The notes under the pieces are model-generated. The model made no database searches and was not told where the DNA came from. It saw nothing but the letters and a program-made list of their open reading frames with translations. Source: an uncultured Mycoplasmatota bacterium (lineage in GTDB: Bacteria > Bacillota_I > Bacilli_A > RF39 > UBA660). Taken from it: DNA of 64,000 nucleotides. The stretch lies in assembly GCA_947574215.1 (NCBI GenBank), contig CANPIX010000002.1, forward strand, positions 4,490 to 68,489, given 5' to 3'. The position numbers and the translations under genes are program-made. This document shows positions 8,526 through 18,203 of the stretch, piece by piece; position 1 is the first letter of the stretch, and each line of letters opens with the position of its first letter.

Positions 8526-9455
8526 TCAATCTATCCTTTCTATTTCTAAATAATTAATGGGAAAACCCATTTTTTCTAAAACTTTTCCAATACTTATACT
8601 TTCTAATTTTCCATTTAATTTTTGTATTTCATAGTCAAGTTCTTTTATTAAAGAATGAAAATCATCTTTACGCAATAACTGCTTTAAAATAATAATTAAA
8701 GAAAATAAATCATCTTTACCATAAATATATTCCGATTCCAATTTAGGTATTTCTAATTTTTCATGAAATCTTGTATCATTAATTTTTCTTTGTACTCTGT
8801 GATCAAATAAAATTTCTTCATGAGCACACAAGTTTCGAAAATTAGCTAAAACGGGAAGATAAGTAGCCAAATCATTTGCATCTACCTTAAAAAACTCTGC
8901 AATGGCTTTCTGATCGCTTGGTTTCAAAATCAAAAAAAGTTCGCTAACAATCCCAAAAGACAAAACTTTCACGGCAATCCACAAAGGAATATATCCATAT
9001 CTTGAATTATAATGAGAAGTCGCTGTGTGACTATCAGCATTTGAACGAATCTGCCTTTTCATTTTATTAATCAAATCATTAATTTGCCTACGTTTCTCTG
9101 GGTGATTGTTAAAATTATTTGGATTTAAATAATCGTTTTCTTTAATACCATACGTTCTAGACAGATGGTACGAAATAAAACTTTTCAAATTATTTTCAAT
9201 AATCAGTAAATTTTTAAATAAAATATTTCGAACTTGACGATCAAAATTAAAAACGCCATACAATTGTCTAAAACTAGTTCCAGGAACAAAACTTTTATCT
9301 ATTAAAGATTTCATAAATAATGTTCGATATCCACTTATAAAGAAATAATTTTCACGTAGCAATATTTCTTTTGTCGCCGATACATCTTCAATAATCATCC
9401 CTTTGTTTTCTAAAATCAAAACCTGTTCATCTAAAGTTTTAAATATTTTATTCAC
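8526..9455 (-). CDS. Abi_2 family abortive-infection protein (AbiD/AbiF-like)
   Basis: 309 aa. The N-terminal pattern LDEQVLILENKGMIIEDVSATKEILLRENYFFISGY matches the Abi_2 (AbiD/AbiF) signature (..EQ..LL..RGL.I.D......L...NYYRLSGY). Its stop lies 1 nt from the htrA start. Confidence 0.75.
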   Translation of the reverse strand: MNKIFKTLDEQVLILENKGMIIEDVSATKEILLRENYFFISGYRTLFMKSLIDKSFVPGTSFRQLYGVFNFDRQVRNILFKNLLIIENNLKSFISYHLSRTYGIKENDYLNPNNFNNHPEKRRQINDLINKMKRQIRSNADSHTATSHYNSRYGYIPLWIAVKVLSFGIVSELFLILKPSDQKAIAEFFKVDANDLATYLPVLANFRNLCAHEEILFDHRVQRKINDTRFHEKLEIPKLESEYIYGKDDLFSLIIILKQLLRKDDFHSLIKELDYEIQKLNGKLESISIGKVLEKMGFPINYLEIERID

Positions 9456-9555
9456 ACTATCACCTTGCCCTACATTATATCATACTGGATAAGCAGAGTA
9501 TATAGTTTTCACGTGTCCTTTATGTTATAATATTGTGAAAGGAATGTGAAAATTT

Positions 9556-10524
9556 ATGCCATTAATTACAACACACAATTATTTTGCTAACGACGTTTTT
9601 TCTAAAACAAATAGTAACATTACGAAAACATTTCAAGAGAAAAAAAATATTTATGAACTTTTTGCACAAGGAACCGATCCATTTATCTTTTATGAATGCT
9701 TTCGCCCTAAAAAATCAGATTATCAACATCTTTGCCATACACAAAACACAGATATTTTTTTTCTAAGATTTATAAAAAAAATAAAAGAGAAAAAATTAAC
9801 ACAAAATCCATTGGTACTTGCGTCTCTTTATGGACAGTTAACTCACTATATACTTGATAGTACCATCCATCCTTATGTTGTTTACAAAACGGGATTTTAT
9901 AACAAAAAAGATAAAAATACTCTAAAATACAACGGTCTTCACAACCAATTCGAATTACAACTAGATGCTTATCTGTATGAACAAAGAGAAAAGAAAGCTT
10001 TTAAAAAGTTTAAAATACACAAATATTTAATTGCAAAAGAAAAATGGGATATAGAACTTATAATTTTACTAAATGAAATTTATTATGAAGTATACAATAT
10101 AAAAAATGGTGGTACAAAATTACAAAAAGGCTGTCACATAATGTATAATTCTTATAAATATTTAATAGAAGATAAAATAGGTATTAAAAAGAAAATTTAT
10201 AAATTATTAGATAAAATGACTCCTAAAAAAGTAGGTGTATACGAAAACTTTAATTCACATGTTACCAAAATAGATCTTTCTATACTAAATCAAAATCACA
10301 AAATTTGGTACAATCCTTGGGATAATTCCATAAAAAGTAAAGAATCTTTTTTTGATTTATACAATAAAGCACTAGAAGATTGTATTCTTCTATTTGAAGC
10401 CACCCATAAATTTTTAAATGATCAAATCACCGAGAAAGCATATAAAGATATATTAAAAGATAAATCTTACTTAACTGGATTATCTTGGAAATTAAATAAA
10501 GAAATTAAATATTTAGAGTTTTAA
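9556..10524 (+). CDS. Hypothetical protein, possibly zinc-dependent phospholipase C-like
   Basis: 322 aa. The N-terminus MPLITTHNYFANDVF resembles the His-containing N-terminus of zinc-dependent PLC-family proteins. It is the only plus-strand gene in the left half and overlaps the cwlD 3' end convergently by 12 nt. Weak call. Confidence 0.35.
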   Translation: MPLITTHNYFANDVFSKTNSNITKTFQEKKNIYELFAQGTDPFIFYECFRPKKSDYQHLCHTQNTDIFFLRFIKKIKEKKLTQNPLVLASLYGQLTHYILDSTIHPYVVYKTGFYNKKDKNTLKYNGLHNQFELQLDAYLYEQREKKAFKKFKIHKYLIAKEKWDIELIILLNEIYYEVYNIKNGGTKLQKGCHIMYNSYKYLIEDKIGIKKKIYKLLDKMTPKKVGVYENFNSHVTKIDLSILNQNHKIWYNPWDNSIKSKESFFDLYNKALEDCILLFEATHKFLNDQITEKAYKDILKDKSYLTGLSWKLNKEIKYLEF

Positions 10525-11172
10525 ACTACCCATAGCCTCCGCGATAATTCGAGCTAACTTTTTTTGATAATCTTCTTTCACTAAAAGGGTTCTTTCGTGT
10601 GCATTAGACAAAAAGCCACACTCAATTAAAACACCTTCTACTTTTAATTCCTTATACATATAAGTAGAACTCGGTATTAATTTTATTTCTCTATTGGTTT
10701 TTAAAGATTTATTAAGTTCATTTTGAATATGTTCCGCAATAACTTTATTATTTTCTTTTTTCTTATTATAAAAAACTTGTGGTCCATAATAATTTGAATC
10801 ATCTAAGTAATTCAAATGGATTGACAAATAATAATTTGCACCACTATTATTAATCATTTTGATTCGATTATCAAAATCACTCTTCTTACGCCAAGAAGCA
10901 TTTGGCTTAGACAAATCATAATCTTCATTGCGAATTAATATGACACTTGCCCCAAGTTTAGTAAGTTCACTCTCTAATGCTTTAGAAATAGCAAGATTAA
11001 TATCTTTTTCATAAATAGTACCAGACATTGTACCTGGGTCTGCTCCACCATGTCCAACATCAACAACTATTAATTTTCCGGATAAAGGCAAACTAGCTAG
11101 CACAATTTTATTAGCAAAGCAGAGTATCATAACAACAAATAAAATACTAATTTTATAAAAATAACTTTTCAT
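10513..11172 (-). CDS. cwlD: Germination-specific N-acetylmuramoyl-L-alanine amidase CwlD
   Basis: 219 aa with a signal/TM N-terminus and Amidase_3 motifs (VVDVGHGGADPG, YLSIHLN). It lies downstream of rpsI as in B. subtilis (rplM-rpsI-...-cwlD). Confidence 0.8.
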   Translation of the reverse strand: MKSYFYKISILFVVMILCFANKIVLASLPLSGKLIVVDVGHGGADPGTMSGTIYEKDINLAISKALESELTKLGASVILIRNEDYDLSKPNASWRKKSDFDNRIKMINNSGANYYLSIHLNYLDDSNYYGPQVFYNKKKENNKVIAEHIQNELNKSLKTNREIKLIPSSTYMYKELKVEGVLIECGFLSNAHERTLLVKEDYQKKLARIIAEAMGSLKL

Positions 11173-11430
11173 ATTAAACTATATGCAAATAAAAAGGAAA
11201 TAAACTTTAATTCTTTTCCTAATTTATTTAATATGATTCCATTCGTTTTACTTTTCTTTTAAGTTTTTAATAACCAAAAACGTATCTTTAAAATTTCTCA
11301 GATTTATAAGAAAAACAAGTAAAAAATACTTTTTACTTCCAATTCGTTTGATACTAAATTTTTATTAATATATTCTTTTTTATAAATTAAAAAAACCCAC
11401 CAAAATAGGCAAGTTTTTATGAAAATATTT

Positions 11431-11853
11431 CTAACGTTTACTAAATTGTGGTGCACGACGTGCTTTTTTAAGTCCTGGTTTCTTACGTTCTTTAATTCTC
11501 GGATCTCTTGTAACAAAACCAGCTGTTTTTAAAATCTTACGATAAGAATCATCTCTAGTTTGATCAGAATTAGCATCATACTTTAAAAGTGCACGTGTAA
11601 TTCCTAAACGAATAGCTCCTGTTTGACCAGAAAAACCTCCACCCTTAACATTAACTGTAATGTCAAATTTATTTTCATTATTGGTCATAGTTAAAGGTTG
11701 TTTCAAATCCATTACTAGCGTTTGATAAGGCATATAATCATTAACATCTACTCCATTAATAATTATGTTACCCGTTCCACCAGTAAGTGTTACTTGGGCA
11801 CTAGAACGTTTTCTACGTCCTGTTGCAGTCCAACTTTGTTTACTTGTAGCCAT
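11431..11853 (-). CDS. rpsI: 30S ribosomal protein S9
   Basis: 140 aa. GGGFSGQTGAIRLGITRAL and a C-terminal KKARRAPQFSKR. Confidence 0.9.
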   Translation of the reverse strand: MATSKQSWTATGRRKRSSAQVTLTGGTGNIIINGVDVNDYMPYQTLVMDLKQPLTMTNNENKFDITVNVKGGGFSGQTGAIRLGITRALLKYDANSDQTRDDSYRKILKTAGFVTRDPRIKERKKPGLKKARRAPQFSKR

Positions 11854-11862
11854 AATACCCTC

Positions 11863-12294
11863 CTAATCCACTTTCAATTCTATAGGTTGTTGTGCTGATT
11901 GTTTGTGTTCTGCACCAGCATAAACAAATAACTTTTTCGCCATTTGTCTTCCAAGTCTATTATGAGGAAGCATTCCTTTAATAGCTCTTTCAACCATTTC
12001 TTCTGGATAATTTTCAATCATAGTTTTGGCATTACGTTCTCTAAGTCCACCTGTATAACCACTATGATTATAATACATCTTATCGTTTAACTTATTACCA
12101 GTTAAATTAACTTTTGAAGCATTTACTATAACTACATAATCTCCACAATCAACGTGAGGAGTATATGTAACTTTGTGTTTACCTCTTAAAATTGTTGCAG
12201 CTTTTGTAGCCACACGACCTAAATTCTTACCACTTGCATCAATCACATACCACTTGCGTTCAATATTTTCTTTTTTTTGCATGAATGTTTTCAT
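11863..12294 (-). CDS. rplM: 50S ribosomal protein L13
   Basis: [20 protein letters not shown] is a canonical L13 N-terminus. The true start is probably the internal Met (12294) rather than the ORF-track start at 12312. Confidence 0.9.
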   Translation of the reverse strand: MKTFMQKKENIERKWYVIDASGKNLGRVATKAATILRGKHKVTYTPHVDCGDYVVIVNASKVNLTGNKLNDKMYYNHSGYTGGLRERNAKTMIENYPEEMVERAIKGMLPHNRLGRQMAKKLFVYAGAEHKQSAQQPIELKVD

Positions 12295-12380
12295 AGCATA
12301 TTTTCCTTTCATTAGTTATCTACAAAATTTACTTTCCCAGGGTAAACTTGTTTCGTAACAAATAAAATGTACCAGTTAAA

Positions 12381-12409
12381 ATTATATGCAACAATTAAGA
12401 AATTGTCAA
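12381..12409 (-). promoter_or_regulatory. Consensus sigma-A promoter TTGACA-17-TATAAT for the rplM-rpsI operon
   Basis: Minus-strand reading: tttgacaatttcttaattgttgcatataat. The -35 is at 12409-12404 and the -10 at 12386-12381. A ~60-nt leader precedes the rplM RBS. Confidence 0.6.
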
Positions 12410-12415
12410 ATAAAA

Positions 12416-12763
12416 TCATAGTTTTTTACAACGATTTATATACATTTCATCTAATTTATTATATTCTTGAACATTATAACCTAGAATTTCAGAAATATTT
12501 TCACTTCTAGCAAGTTTTAAACAATTCAGTACTATACACATTTCTTCTGTAGATAAAAAATTTATATATTTCCAATTTCTTCCAATTAACAAAACAATTT
12601 TTCCCAAACATTTTCTTATTAATTTTTTTCTTTTTTTTATACAATAACACAAATAATCATATTCGCTATTTAATTCCATTCGAAAGCAATAACCTGGTTG
12701 TTTACTTTCAATCTGCTTTTTTCTTAAATTCCTTATTTCTCCCAAGTCTATAATTTCATTCAT
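12416..12763 (-). CDS. Hypothetical small protein with a possible C-terminal HTH
   Basis: 115 aa. STEEMCIVLNCLKLARSENISEILGY looks like an HTH or sigma-region-4-like segment. It sits between truA and rplM, which are adjacent in B. subtilis. Confidence 0.4.
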   Translation of the reverse strand: MNEIIDLGEIRNLRKKQIESKQPGYCFRMELNSEYDYLCYCIKKRKKLIRKCLGKIVLLIGRNWKYINFLSTEEMCIVLNCLKLARSENISEILGYNVQEYNKLDEMYINRCKKL

Positions 12764-12834
12764 AAAAACCTCTCCATTTTTCCTTCAACTAATTGGTAAA
12801 AATTTTTATCTTATTGTATTATTCATACTCAAGT

Positions 12835-13557
12835 TCATTCATAATAAACACTATCTAAATAAAGTCCTCTTGCGGGAGCGCAAGACAAATGATAATCAAA
12901 ATTATCTTCTAACATTTTCTTTAATAACTGTATCTCATACTTTCCTTCATTAATATCCAACATAGCCCCTATTAAATTGCGAATCATATAACGGTAAAAA
13001 CTTTTGCCTATAAAAACAATATTTAATTCATTGTCTTTTAAAATAAATTGAATCTCTTCTATAATCATATCATAATTTTCTCTACTACCGGAAACAAAAT
13101 TATGAAAATTACGACCATACTTTAAAATATTTGCACATTCTTTTAATCTATCCAAATGAATTTTTTTATTATAGAACAAATAATAATCATACCTTTGAGG
13201 ATCATACTCTCCTAACCATATTTTATAAATATATTTTTTTCGTTTTACTGAAAAGCGAGCATGAAATTCATTAGTCATTTTTTTACATTCTTTCACATAA
13301 ATGTAAGGTCGAACAATTGAATTTAACGCAACCAATACTCTTTCCTCGGGAATATCTTGAGTCAAATCAAAATGAGCACATTGTCCATTGGCATGAACCC
13401 CAATATCAGTTCTTCCAGCGCCTTTAATTTCTACACAACTTTTATTTATAATTGTTAAAGCTTCTTCTAAAGTTTTTTGAACACTTTTACCCTCTTTTTG
13501 TCTTTGAAAACCATTAAAATGACTTCCGTCATACGAGAAACGAATCAAATAGCGCAT
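12835..13557 (-). CDS. truA: tRNA pseudouridine(38-40) synthase TruA
   Basis: 240 aa. MRYLIRFSYDGSHFNGFQRQ and GAGRTDIGVHANGQ contain the TruA catalytic-Asp motif. Confidence 0.85.
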   Translation of the reverse strand: MRYLIRFSYDGSHFNGFQRQKEGKSVQKTLEEALTIINKSCVEIKGAGRTDIGVHANGQCAHFDLTQDIPEERVLVALNSIVRPYIYVKECKKMTNEFHARFSVKRKKYIYKIWLGEYDPQRYDYYLFYNKKIHLDRLKECANILKYGRNFHNFVSGSRENYDMIIEEIQFILKDNELNIVFIGKSFYRYMIRNLIGAMLDINEGKYEIQLLKKMLEDNFDYHLSCAPARGLYLDSVYYE

Positions 13558-13560
13558 AAA

Positions 13561-14196
13561 TCACACTTCCCTAAAAATTGCCTTTAATAACTCTTTTAAA
13601 TCTGTATATGGTAATATTTTTTTATCATTTTCTCTTAAATAGTTTACAAACTCTATAATCTTAGGAGGATTCACTAAATTTAGCAATTCTTCTTCATAAA
13701 ATGTAGGTTTATCAAATATTAGAAAATTTTTTTTACTCTTTCGTACCACAATTCGATCCGCAAACTCAAGAAAAAAAGCAAGATTACTATTTAAAAACAC
13801 AAACGTTTTGTGATACTTTTTTACCAATTTTTTAAATAACTTTTTAAAAAAGAACAATTCTTTTTCCATAAAAAATTTATCAAAAGAATCAAAAACTATA
13901 CAATCTACATTTTTTATTAAAAGAATTGCAAGCTCTACTTTCAGAACTTCAGAGGAAGACAAAAAATTCATTTTCTTATCTAAGACTTCTTCGCTTAAAT
14001 GGACTAATTTTAGGCTATCTAACAATTTTTTATCTACACAAGAAGTTTCTTTTAAAATATATTTTTTGACCAATTCCGCATTGTAAGTATTTTTTAAATT
14101 TATTGCATATGTATTTTCGCTGAATACAAGTTCTTCTTTTAAAACATTAAAAAAAGCATTTATACTTTCTGTTTTACAATATTTATTTATTTCCAT
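13561..14196 (-). CDS. Degenerate ABC ATPase-like protein lacking Walker A (EcfA2 position)
   Basis: 211 aa. A signature-like LSSSEVLKVELAILL and a Walker-B-like DCIVFDSFD are present, but there is no P-loop. It occupies the ecfA2 slot upstream of truA. Confidence 0.45.
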   Translation of the reverse strand: MEINKYCKTESINAFFNVLKEELVFSENTYAINLKNTYNAELVKKYILKETSCVDKKLLDSLKLVHLSEEVLDKKMNFLSSSEVLKVELAILLIKNVDCIVFDSFDKFFMEKELFFFKKLFKKLVKKYHKTFVFLNSNLAFFLEFADRIVVRKSKKNFLIFDKPTFYEEELLNLVNPPKIIEFVNYLRENDKKILPYTDLKELLKAIFREV

Positions 14197-14912
14197 AAAG
14201 CACCCACTAACTCTTCTTTAGAACAATAAACTTTATCAATAAGATTATAAAGACGCAATTGAATTGACAAATCCACATAAAATGGAAGTCCTATTCCTAA
14301 ACGTTTTAATAATTTTTCCTGTTCCAAAACCTGTAGGGTTTTTCCTTCAATTGCAATACTTCCCTTATCAAAAACGACCATATATTGATAGTTCAAAGAA
14401 TGTTCAATATTTGTAGAAACATTAACCAATGTAATTTTTTCACTTTTCGCATACTTGTATATTTTTTGTAACATTTTTTCATTTATGTAGGAAAATAAAT
14501 TATCAACAAATAGAAGTTTCGGCTGTTTTAAAAAGGATTTACAAATCAATAGCAATTTTCTTGATTCCAAATTTATATCTTTAATCTTTTTATTCAATGT
14601 ATTTTTTGTAATAAATTTGTTTACAATCTTTTTTTGTTTTTCATCCAAAGTTTTATAATTTAAACTTTCCATTACTGTTTCTTCCTCAAACAATTTGGTA
14701 TCCAACAAAACCTCAACTTTACATAATTTATGAAGACGACCACTATATTTTTTTTCGCCTGCTATAGCTTTTAAAAATAGTGTTTTTCCAGAAGCATTGG
14801 TTCCACAAAGAAACACATTAACGCCTTCATAAAAACATAAAGAAACTTTTTGTAATAAAACTTTTTCTTTATTATGTATAGTCAAATCTTGTATTTCAAA
14901 TAATTTTTTCAT
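14187..14912 (-). CDS. ABC transporter ATP-binding protein-like (EcfA position), with degenerate signature and Walker B
   Basis: Walker A GTNASGKT. Signature LESRKLLL in place of LSGGQ. Walker B LLFVDNLFS (D-N instead of D-E). The likely start is MKKLFEIQDL (14912) rather than the ORF-track start 14954. Confidence 0.55.
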   Translation of the reverse strand: MKKLFEIQDLTIHNKEKVLLQKVSLCFYEGVNVFLCGTNASGKTLFLKAIAGEKKYSGRLHKLCKVEVLLDTKLFEEETVMESLNYKTLDEKQKKIVNKFITKNTLNKKIKDINLESRKLLLICKSFLKQPKLLFVDNLFSYINEKMLQKIYKYAKSEKITLVNVSTNIEHSLNYQYMVVFDKGSIAIEGKTLQVLEQEKLLKRLGIGLPFYVDLSIQLRLYNLIDKVYCSKEELVGALWK

Positions 14913-14969
14913 AAAACCCACCAACTTATAAAATATTATACAAAAAATGAACATTAAAAAAAAGAGTTT

Positions 14970-15278
14970 TTACTCTTTTGCACTTGGCAATTTAATAATC
15001 ACTTCATTAGGCAGAGAATACATAAACTTTTCTCGCGCGTAACGAGCCACATATTCACTATCTTGTAATTTTGTAATTTCTGATTGCAAAGATTCTTCTT
15101 CATGCAACAAAGAATTGTATCGATCCGTCAAAAGTACGATTTCATTTTTATTTTTTAACACTTGACACATATCTTTAAAAACACTTGATACAATAACACC
15201 TACAAGCAAAAGAATAATACTTGATAAAAAAGTTAAACGGCGCCTTGTTTTTTTCGTAATTCTTTTTTTCATCTGCAA
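14970..15278 (-). CDS. divIC: Septum formation initiator DivIC/FtsB-like
   Basis: 102 aa. Basic N-terminus, a single TM and a coiled-coil region. It follows yabP-yabQ as in B. subtilis. Confidence 0.6.
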   Translation of the reverse strand: MQMKKRITKKTRRRLTFLSSIILLLVGVIVSSVFKDMCQVLKNKNEIVLLTDRYNSLLHEEESLQSEITKLQDSEYVARYAREKFMYSLPNEVIIKLPSAKE

Positions 15279-15314
15279 TCCTCTATCCTTAAAAAAAATT
15301 ATAGCACTCTTAAT

Positions 15315-15620
15315 TTAGTCTTTCAATTTTTTCTTCTTAACTTTACAAAATTTCCTAAATTTTTTACAATACAACCATCCTACGTAAAAGCCTAAAAAAA
15401 GTATCCCAATAAAATAAATGTGAATAACGCCATAATTTACTTTATACATTAGTAAAACATACATTAAAGAAATATCTAAGATGTAAATAAAAGTAATTAT
15501 ATATTTAAAAAAAATACTATGTTTTTTAATAATTTTATGATTTAGTAGACTAGTAAAATAAAAGAAAATGCCGAAAAGGAAAGAAACTAAAAAAGATAAA
15601 AGTTGTAATTTATAATTCAT
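15315..15620 (-). CDS. yabQ: Spore cortex biosynthesis membrane protein YabQ
   Basis: 101 aa, multi-TM, immediately downstream of yabP with a 1-nt overlap. Confidence 0.55.
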   Translation of the reverse strand: MNYKLQLLSFLVSFLFGIFFYFTSLLNHKIIKKHSIFFKYIITFIYILDISLMYVLLMYKVNYGVIHIYFIGILFLGFYVGWLYCKKFRKFCKVKKKKLKD

Positions 15621-15919
15621 TATTTAAATAGTTTACTAAAAAAACTTTCGTGATTTTGTTTTCCTTCTCCATCTAGATAAGTAAAACTAATTATTTTTCC
15701 TTTTATTTTTACATTTCCATCATGTGTGTCTAATTTTATAATTTCCAAATTGGTCCCTTTAAGAAGAATAATACCCATGTTGCTTTCCATTAAAAATTCT
15801 TCATTATCAAAACTATCAATTTTTTTTATTCCGGTTAAATATATTTCTCTACGTTCACTTATTTTTAATTCATGTCCACCAAGTATAAGATTGTCCACTT
15901 CTTTATCCATTTCTACCAC
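15620..15919 (-). CDS. yabP: Sporulation protein YabP
   Basis: 99 aa. DSFDNEEFLMESNMGIILLKGTNLEI matches the YabP conserved core (ESFDNEEFLLETVMG...IKGQNL). Confidence 0.75.
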   Translation of the reverse strand: MVEMDKEVDNLILGGHELKISERREIYLTGIKKIDSFDNEEFLMESNMGIILLKGTNLEIIKLDTHDGNVKIKGKIISFTYLDGEGKQNHESFFSKLFK

Positions 15920-15994
15920 GCTCCTAATAAATGGTATGAAAAAAATAAAAATTTATGCAAAAAAAAATCTAGTTTCCTAGACTAATTTATGTTT

Positions 15995-16261
15995 CTATTC
16001 TTCTTCGCTAGCTTTATTATATTCTTCTATAATGGCAGTTTGAAACATATTACGAACATCGGTATTAATTGGATGAGCAATGTCTTTGTATTCGCCAGTT
16101 GCTGTTTTTCTACTAGGCATTGCGATAAACAAACCATTATCTCCTTCAATAATACGGATATCATGAATAGCAAATGCATCATCTATTACGACGGTTGCAA
16201 TTCCTTTCATTCTGTTTCCTTCTTTTTCAAATTTACGAACTGTTACTGATGTAATTTTCAT
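15995..16261 (-). CDS. spoVG: Septation protein SpoVG
   Basis: 88 aa. [50 protein letters not shown] matches the SpoVG consensus. Confidence 0.9.
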   Translation of the reverse strand: MKITSVTVRKFEKEGNRMKGIATVVIDDAFAIHDIRIIEGDNGLFIAMPSRKTATGEYKDIAHPINTDVRNMFQTAIIEEYNKASEEE

Positions 16262-16344
16262 GTTTACTCTCCTTCTAAAGTTTTCCTTATTTTCTAGTAA
16301 CTTAATACTATTTTATGATAAATTAGAAAAGTTATCAAGAGTTT

Positions 16345-16557
16345 TTACAAATACTTGATACTTATTTCACCCGTTGCTATATCCGAATAGGTAAAACTTT
16401 TTTCAACTCCACTTTCATTTACTGTAAAAATACTAGGATATACATTAGAAATATACCCATTTACTTTATAATTTTTATTTCGCATTCCAAATACGGAAAT
16501 TGAGACTTTGTCATTTAAATGTTTTTTTACTTCTTCTTTAATTGCATCTAAATTCAT
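16345..16557 (-). CDS. veg: Veg (biofilm-stimulating small protein)
   Basis: 70 aa. YPSIFTV and SFTYSDIATGEISI match B. subtilis Veg (YPSVF..., SYSYADILTG). Confidence 0.75.
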   Translation of the reverse strand: MNLDAIKEEVKKHLNDKVSISVFGMRNKNYKVNGYISNVYPSIFTVNESGVEKSFTYSDIATGEISIKYL

Positions 16558-16568
16558 ATTTTCCCCCT

Positions 16569-17348
16569 TTATCTCGGATAGCCTACATACATAAGTCCAT
16601 TACACATAATTCCACCCATACCTTCACTTCCATATTTCGTTTTTTCTAGTAAAGATAACAAGTCAATTTCTTTATTTCTTTCAGTAAGTGATACAGAAGT
16701 TGCAATAATGGCCGGATCTAAACAGTGAATATTCACACGTTTAGGACTAGAAGCAAAATTGGCACCCGCTTTAATTAATTCTTCATAATTGCTTTGACAA
16801 GCACCAGCTATTACAACCAATTTTTCATGACTTTTTTCATATTTTCTGCACTCTTTTACAGCTTTAATAAAATTTTCCGTATTTTTATAATTATGGACAT
16901 CTTCCAAACGCCCTTTTTTCTTAAAATAAGCATCATGCCCTGTAATGATTACAATATCTGGCTTATATTCCTCCAAAAGTCCACGAATTTTCATAGGAAT
17001 TTCTACTTCGTTAACTCTTTTACCTATTGCAAAAATATTATGCTTTTTATAATACTCTAAACAACGATGTAAATATTCATTGTCGCCATCCAAATGCAAA
17101 ATTTTTGCTGGCAAATAAAAAAATTCACTTCGGTCTAAGGCATCATCCTCCGCTTCTTCCATATCCATCTTTAGTTCTTCCTGCTCTTCTTCGGAAGCTA
17201 AACTTAAATCTTCTATAGCACTATCCGCATACAAACGAACATCCATGCCTTTTAAATAGCAAGTAGTTCCTTTTACATTCATCACCTTAAATAAAGTGTC
17301 ATGATTGTAACTTTTACGCGTTACAATATCTCCCTTTTTTACTTGCAT
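16569..17348 (-). CDS. yabG: Sporulation-specific protease YabG
   Basis: 259 aa. MQVKKGDIVTRKSYNHDTLFKV...DVRLYADS matches the YabG N-terminus (MQFQIGDMVARKSYQMDVLFRI...EVRLIADS). Gene order is ksgA-yabG-veg. Confidence 0.8.
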   Translation of the reverse strand: MQVKKGDIVTRKSYNHDTLFKVMNVKGTTCYLKGMDVRLYADSAIEDLSLASEEEQEELKMDMEEAEDDALDRSEFFYLPAKILHLDGDNEYLHRCLEYYKKHNIFAIGKRVNEVEIPMKIRGLLEEYKPDIVIITGHDAYFKKKGRLEDVHNYKNTENFIKAVKECRKYEKSHEKLVVIAGACQSNYEELIKAGANFASSPKRVNIHCLDPAIIATSVSLTERNKEIDLLSLLEKTKYGSEGMGGIMCNGLMYVGYPR

Positions 17349-17390
17349 ACTATCACCAATATACTATATGCAAAAAAATAAAATTTTTGC

Positions 17391-18176
17391 CTAATCTTTA
17401 TAATGATTTGCTAATTCTTTAAAATCTTCTTTACTGATTTCTTCTGCTCGAACATTTTCTTTATAATTAAGTTCATTTAATAATTTTTTAATTCGATTCC
17501 AATCGTAACTTTTCAAATTATTTTTTAAAGTTTTTCGTTTATTCAAAAAAGCATCTTTTGTAAATTGTAAATAAAAAGGAATATCTTTAATGTTATTTTC
17601 TTCTTTTCGAGTTAATTTTATGATAGCACTATCTACTTTTGGGACAGGATAAAAATCATTTTTTGAAACATAAGAAATAAGTTTTGTTTCATAAAAAGCA
17701 TCAATGTATAAAGTAAAAGCGTTGTATTCTTTGCAATGACTTTCCGAAACCACACGCTCGGCAAATTCTTTTTGAACCAATACTACAATTTCTTTTATAG
17801 GAACTGCAAACTCAACTAGTTTAGAAAGAATCGGTGAAGTTATATAATAAGGAATGTTAGCAACTACATAAATATTTTCATAAGGTATATTTTTTATATC
17901 TTCTTCAATATTTCTTTTTAAGAAATCACCATAAAGTACTTTACTTTTTTTAGAATCGTATTTTTGTAAATAGGCTTTCATACGTTCATCTATTTCATAA
18001 CAAAGTAAAAAACTTTCTTTTTGAAATAAATATTCAGTTAACGCTCCCATACCAGGACCAATTTCAATAATTAAATCATTTTCTAAAACATCTACTGAAC
18101 ATGCTATTTTTTGTAATATTCTTTCATTTTTCAAAAAATTTTGTCCATATTTCTTTTTTGCTTGTATATATTCCAT
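17391..18176 (-). CDS. rsmA: 16S rRNA (adenine1518/1519-N6)-dimethyltransferase RsmA/KsgA
   Basis: 261 aa. KKYGQNFL, IEIGPGMGALT and VVANIPYYITSPI are KsgA motifs. Confidence 0.85.
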   Translation of the reverse strand: MEYIQAKKKYGQNFLKNERILQKIACSVDVLENDLIIEIGPGMGALTEYLFQKESFLLCYEIDERMKAYLQKYDSKKSKVLYGDFLKRNIEEDIKNIPYENIYVVANIPYYITSPILSKLVEFAVPIKEIVVLVQKEFAERVVSESHCKEYNAFTLYIDAFYETKLISYVSKNDFYPVPKVDSAIIKLTRKEENNIKDIPFYLQFTKDAFLNKRKTLKNNLKSYDWNRIKKLLNELNYKENVRAEEISKEDFKELANHYKD

Positions 18177-18203
18177 ATTTTATCCACTCACTTAAAAAAT
18201 GGC

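Noticed and set aside
11304-11516. 70-aa minus-strand ORF overlapping the rpsI 3' end and the downstream intergenic region
   Set aside because: It overlaps rpsI in another frame and runs into the terminator and promoter region. No support.
16794-17218. Plus-strand ORFs (88 aa and 63 aa) inside yabG
   Set aside because: Antisense, nested in a well-supported sporulation protease gene.
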